Shown here: positions 59,010 to 64,000 of the stretch, piece by piece
Numbering within the stretch: position 1 is the first letter of the stretch
Layout: each line of letters starts with the position of its first letter
Assembly (NCBI GenBank): GCA_965153355.1
Contig: OZ231126.1
Coordinates: forward strand, 42,966,001-43,030,000
Reading direction: 5' to 3'
Origin: Flaccisagitta enflata
Lineage: Eukaryota
DNA length: 64,000 nt
Translations under genes and position numbers: made by a program
Notes under the pieces: generated by a model
The model's database searches: none
Seen by the model: the letters and a program-made list of their open reading frames with translations, nothing else
Told to the model about the DNA's origin: nothing

Positions 59010-59667
59010 CAGCGGCGTAGGAGAGCTTGATTTTTTGGGACTTCCACCACCTAACTAGTGTCCGACAAATTTGGTGTCCCAACAGACAATAACTTAGTGA
59101 AAAATAATTATTACTACTATACTCTTGTTTGCTACTATACTCTTGTTTGCAACTATACTCTTGTTTGCTACTATACTCTTGGATAAGTGGGGTGAGGCCT
59201 AATCACGCCTAATAAAGGATTAAATAATTCTATTTCTCTCTCAGCCATTCACATTCTGTTTCTAGATCTTTATTTCTTCTCTTACCCACCTCCCCTTTAC
59301 CCCCTTGTATTTGCCTAAAACTAACATAAGCTCTGAATTTTGATTTCTTCATAAATTGTTCATTAGATTGCTACCATGCAAGAACATTTATTGTTCAGTG
59401 TGTACTGGTATGTTTTCCTCTCTCCCTCTCTCTTCCTTTTTTTCTGAGAAAAAATTTAATAACCTTTGCACCATTAACTGTTAAGGTGCATGGAAGGAAA
59501 TGATCTGTCAATTTCAATCTCTAATGTCACTTAGGCTTTAAATGTCCAGCAATCAGTGTCTGTCTTTCTGTCTGTTTTACCACCTTTTTTTTTTCTTTTC
59601 TTTCTTTTGTTAAATCTTTTTTTCCTGCTTTTCAACTTTTCCTGTTTGTCTGTCCCTCTGTCTGTTG

Positions 59668-59762
<95 letters not shown>

Positions 59763-59906
59763 TTTTCTTCTTTTTTTTTTCTTTTTTTCTTCTTCCTCTC
59801 TCTTTCCTTTCTTTCTCCCTTCCTTCATTGGTGTCCCGACAACTTTGGTGTCCCGACAGCAGGGACTTCCATGGACGTCCCGGAAGTCCCTTCTCCTACG
59901 CCGCTG
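59010..59906. mobile_element. hAT-type non-autonomous DNA transposon, 8-bp TSD
   Basis: AGATCTAC|CAGCGGCGTAGGAGA...TCTCCTACGCCGCTG|AGATCTAC. GTGTCCCGAC subterminal repeats. Internal 18-bp tandem repeat at ~59116-59182. Confidence 0.92.
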
Positions 59907-60116
59907 AGATCTACTATACGTTTCCATTTAGAAAGAAAATATTGAAGCATTTTGTAACACAGCAAAGAATGAGACGCGAAAGAAGTAAGTGGAAAAATCC
60001 ATGAACTGAGAAAAAAAAAGAAAAAGCGGAAGAGGGGGAGAGGAGGAAACGGAAAGAAGAAAACAAGGCCAATTAGGCCAATAAGGCGCGACGTGTGGAT
60101 CGTCGAACAAATCCAT

Positions 60117-60445
60117 CCGACCGACCGACCGACCGACCGACCGACCGACCGACCGACCGACCGACCGACCGACCGACCGACCGACCGACCGACCGACCGA
60201 CCGACCGACCGACCGACCGACCGACCGACCGACCGACCGACCGACCGACCGACCGACCGACCGACCGACCGACCGACCGACCGACCGACCGACCGACCGA
60301 CCGACCGACCGACCGACCGACCGACCGACCGACCGACCGACCGACCGACCGACCGACCGACCGACCGACCGACCGACCGACCGACCGACCGACCGACCGA
60401 CCGGCCGACCGACCGACCGACCGACCGACCGACCGACCGACCGAC
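60117..60445. repeat. (CCGA)n microsatellite, about 80 units
   Basis: Directly visible. Lies behind an AACAAGGCC end like those of the HINE-like elements. Confidence 0.97.
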
Positions 60446-61306
60446 TTACCGAACAACGGACAGAACCAGGCATAACAGTGATTTGGTCATATTCTAGCAG
60501 GCTCTAATTTGTGAGTTTACCGTTATCAAACCCAGAGCGATTTAGCTGTTGATGAAATTTTTTTTTTAGATTTAGTGACTTAGGCTTGTAGAAAACTCTG
60601 GGCTCACCTGTGGCTGCATCGCAATATGTTTGCTCATCATGAAATATAAATTGTAATCAAAGGTGAAGCACTATGTCTCAAGAAGAGTTAGAGGAATTTT
60701 TGTCTATCATCGTTTCTCTGAGTGAAGTATTCAGAGACAGACACACTGACAAACTAGTCAGTGAGGGTTCACAAGGCCCTCTTCCATTTATTTCAGTTTG
60801 GGTATAGCGAGGGATATTGTTCCACTTTTCATACAAAATGATAGTGTCTTTTTGAAAGCATCTTGTGGTATTCTTAGTACTTTTGAACAGTACTTAAACA
60901 ACTACTGACCCAAAAACCCAAATAATTCGCGATGACTTCATAAAAAATAATCGGTGAAATCTGTAGACCTCACATTTTACTATTGTATGTGAACTAAAAT
61001 CGCTTAAATTCATTAAAGAGAAAAAAAAGAGAAAATGGATGGTAAACCAAAAAATACGGTTCTTTCACCGAGATGAGTTATAGAGGTGCTTTGACGCACC
61101 TGAAAAGAGGAAGAGCAGAGGAAGAGCAAGAAGCGGAAGTAATGATTTCTGTAATGGTGGAAGACGGCGATAAAAATGCGGGTTTCCTCGGTTTCCCACT
61201 TCCGGCTTCCTGGACGAGATTCACTCGTTTTCAATCGGTGAGGTTGGGAAAAGATATCCGCCATCACCGTATGGAAATGATAATCCAATGAGACGGGCAC
61301 GTGCGG

Positions 61307-61381
<75 letters not shown>

Positions 61382-61803
61382 GAGAGAAATGAGAGAGAGA
61401 GAGAGAGGAGCTATATGGCTAGGGAGAAAATTACATCGGACCGTTTTTTTATCACGCTTGCATACTGTCGTCAACCTGACGAAATACTTTCTCTTATTTA
61501 CGGATGAGAATCGGAGAAAGAGAAAGGAAAGGGAAAGAGATAGGAGAAGAGAGAGGGCATAAAAAAGGTATCGGGAGATTGACGGAAGGATAATGAAGAA
61601 TTTGGCCACTTCCAACGGAGAAACTCCGGCATACATTCGTTTATGAGAGAGAGAAGAACATACAGAGAGAAGGAGAGAAAGAGAGGGAGAGAAATAAAAA
61701 GAGAGAGAGAGAGATCGAGAGAAAAACAAAGATAAAAAGAAGAAGAGACAGAAAATAGGGTAAGAAAGCTTCAATGACCGAAATACGCACGCACACACAC
61801 ACG

Positions 61804-61936
<133 letters not shown>

Positions 61937-62601
61937 ACATGATCAAGTTAACATATGATGGCTTACAATGTTTGATCCATGCATCATGGGATTTGATTGC
62001 AGGATGAGACAATCAAGATTTTTTTTTAGATAACAATCTCACTTTATCAGTCTATCCATTTTTTATTGATCTGCTTCTCCGCAATAGAAAAAAAACTAAG
62101 AAAAAATTCATAACAAGTAGAAATGAAACGTGACCGACCAACCAATGGACGAAGTAGGCTGCACGTGACAAAAAAAATCCAGTGATAATGTCAAAAAGAA
62201 CATGCCGGATTGGGCAACTTGCTGTGTCATCTGCCTGTTTATAGAAGGAGCAAAATGTAAGGACCAGCAGACAGATGTACAGACAGTAAGACAAATAGAC
62301 GGATGGATGGAAGGTCACTATACCCAAACTGAAATTTATGGAAGAGGGCCTTGTGTACCCTCATTGACTAATCAATATGCGCACCACTACTAGTTTTCCA
62401 CAAAATAGGCAATATTGCCCATAGTGCATGAAACTTATTGACTCCTTGACATCCGTTATTGCACAACTGTATACAGAAATGTGATGATCTGAGGCTCAAA
62501 TTTATGTCTGGAACTAGAGTTTAAGCCTCAAGACTAGTTAAAAAATTGCTCAAAAATCGCTGACAAAATCTCTTGGCATAATTGATGTTAAAAAACAGTT
62601 T

Positions 62602-62795
62602 GGGCCCGTTTCTAGTCACAAACAACTGCCCACCCTAAGTTTGTTCGCTTGCATTGCTCACAACGCTTACTTTGCTCACTTGCTCTGCAAAGCTTAACAT
62701 GCTTGCTCCATTCATGGGCTCTTTCACTCACTTCGCTTACTCCCGTATGTTTAAAGGGAAGAATCCCATTTTTGGTCGTCATGAGAAACACACCC
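62602..62795. mobile_element. Degenerate copy of the Harbinger-type MITE at 53386
   Basis: GGGCCCGTTTCTAGTC...GAGAAACACACCC, with CGCT/TGCT-rich interior. Confidence 0.65.
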
Positions 62796-62840
62796 TATGC
62801 CAACAGAAGCAGCCCAGGTTTGACATCAGATGAAGCACTC

Positions 62841-63520
62841 AAACAAGTGACGTGGGGTCACAATATCGTTGCGGACGGGTGGGCAGGGGCAGCCAACCCC
62901 CATCCACACCCAACACCCCACCCAACACCCTTCGCAGCACAGTCACATACACAAAGAGCTTTAAAACGCTCGTTTTTGGGCAGCGGCCCCGAAGGGGACG
63001 AAGTCCTGTAGAACACAGGGGGACTTTTGTTCCTCATTCCGTCCGTCCGTTTGTCCCCCCCCAGGCTCTTTCAGGCCGGGAATCTGCCCTCTTAGGCCTG
63101 AAGTTTACCCTCTCAGGCCTGAAATCAGCCCTCTCAGGCCTTGAATCTGCCCTACAAGGCCTGAAATCTGCCCTCTCAGGCCTGAAATCTGCCCTCACAG
63201 ATTCAAGGCCTGAGAGGGCAGATTTCAGGCTTGAGAGGGAAAATTTCAGGCCTGAGAGGGCAGATTTCAGGCCTGAGTCCCCCTGTGTTCTACAGGACTT
63301 TGTCCTCTTCGGGGCGCTGCCCTGCTTCTTCTCACACCCCATTTCACAATCATGCAAAGCAGGGCAACGGGTATCGCTGACCACTTATTGCCCTTGGGCG
63401 ACCTGTTCCACTTTTCAACTCGTGCTCACGGACTGACGGACGGACGGACCTACAGATCGACAGACAGACGGACAGACGGACAACGCCTCTTATAGAGTTG
63501 CGTGTCTGCAACTAAAAAAA
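62841..63520 (-). mobile_element. HINE-like family A variant interrupted by a family B element
   Basis: The flanks join to match the reverse complement of 5161-5330. Confidence 0.7.
62977..63407 (+). mobile_element. HINE-like family B element with ~45-bp inverted repeats and an internal 21-bp minisatellite
   Basis: GGGCAGCGGCCCCGAAGGGGACGAAGTCCTGTAGAACACAGGGGG...CCCCTGTGTTCTACAGGACTTTGTCCTCTTCGGGGCGCTGCCC, followed by a 3' hairpin tail ending CTGTT. Units AGGCCTGAAATCTGCCCTCTC occur in both orientations. Confidence 0.75.
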
Positions 63521-63918
63521 AATCCCTCACTTCGTTCATATTCACTCAGTAAATGAACTTTTCCCTCTAGTGAAGGTAGACTTTTGTCCTTGATAGTTTG
63601 GAAGCAAGGAGCACCCTGATAAGAATGATCACGTTTTGGTGCCGATCCTATTGTCTCAGCTGCTGGTTTGCCGCCTGGAGCCAAACCGATGAATAGAATC
63701 AATGAAATCATCGTCATCGATAAAAGGCGCTTTTTCTTCTTCTTCTTCTTCTGCTTCTTCTTCTTCTTCTTCTTCTTCTTCTTCTTCTTCTTCTTCTTCT
63801 TCTTCTTCTTCTTCTTCTTCTTCTTCTTCTTCTTCTTCTTCTTCTTCTTCATCTTCTTCCTCTTCTTCTTCTTTGACGGGAAGAAAAGGGGGTTATAGAG
63901 TCGCGTAGTTACAACAAC

Positions 63919-63999
<81 letters not shown>

Positions 64000-64000
64000 C

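Overview
Repeat-saturated eukaryotic (probably invertebrate animal) genomic DNA with no host protein-coding gene that I can recognise. Almost all ORFs in the supplied track are microsatellite artefacts. Supported content: (1) a 5'-truncated R4/Dong-like non-LTR retrotransposon (RT + CCHC knuckle + PD-(D/E)xK restriction-like endonuclease) embedded in a (TC)n array at 556-3666; (2) an intron-containing tRNA-Leu(TAA) at 10000-10113; (3) a decayed second LINE RT fragment at about 45232-46892; (4) many non-autonomous DNA transposons with readable TIRs and TSDs (Tc1/mariner-type TA, PIF/Harbinger-type 3 bp, hAT-type 8 bp, and a 1.46-kb foldback with a 9-bp TSD), often nested; (5) two families of DINE-1/HINE (Helentron)-like short elements that repeatedly nest in one another; (6) a G-rich 68-bp minisatellite with a higher-order repeat, plus many microsatellites. 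The two best candidates for something undescribed are a possibly (TC)n-targeting RLE retrotransposon and a Harbinger-type MITE carrying two divergent tRNA-like Pol III cassettes. All family assignments come from motif recognition by eye; no searches were run.
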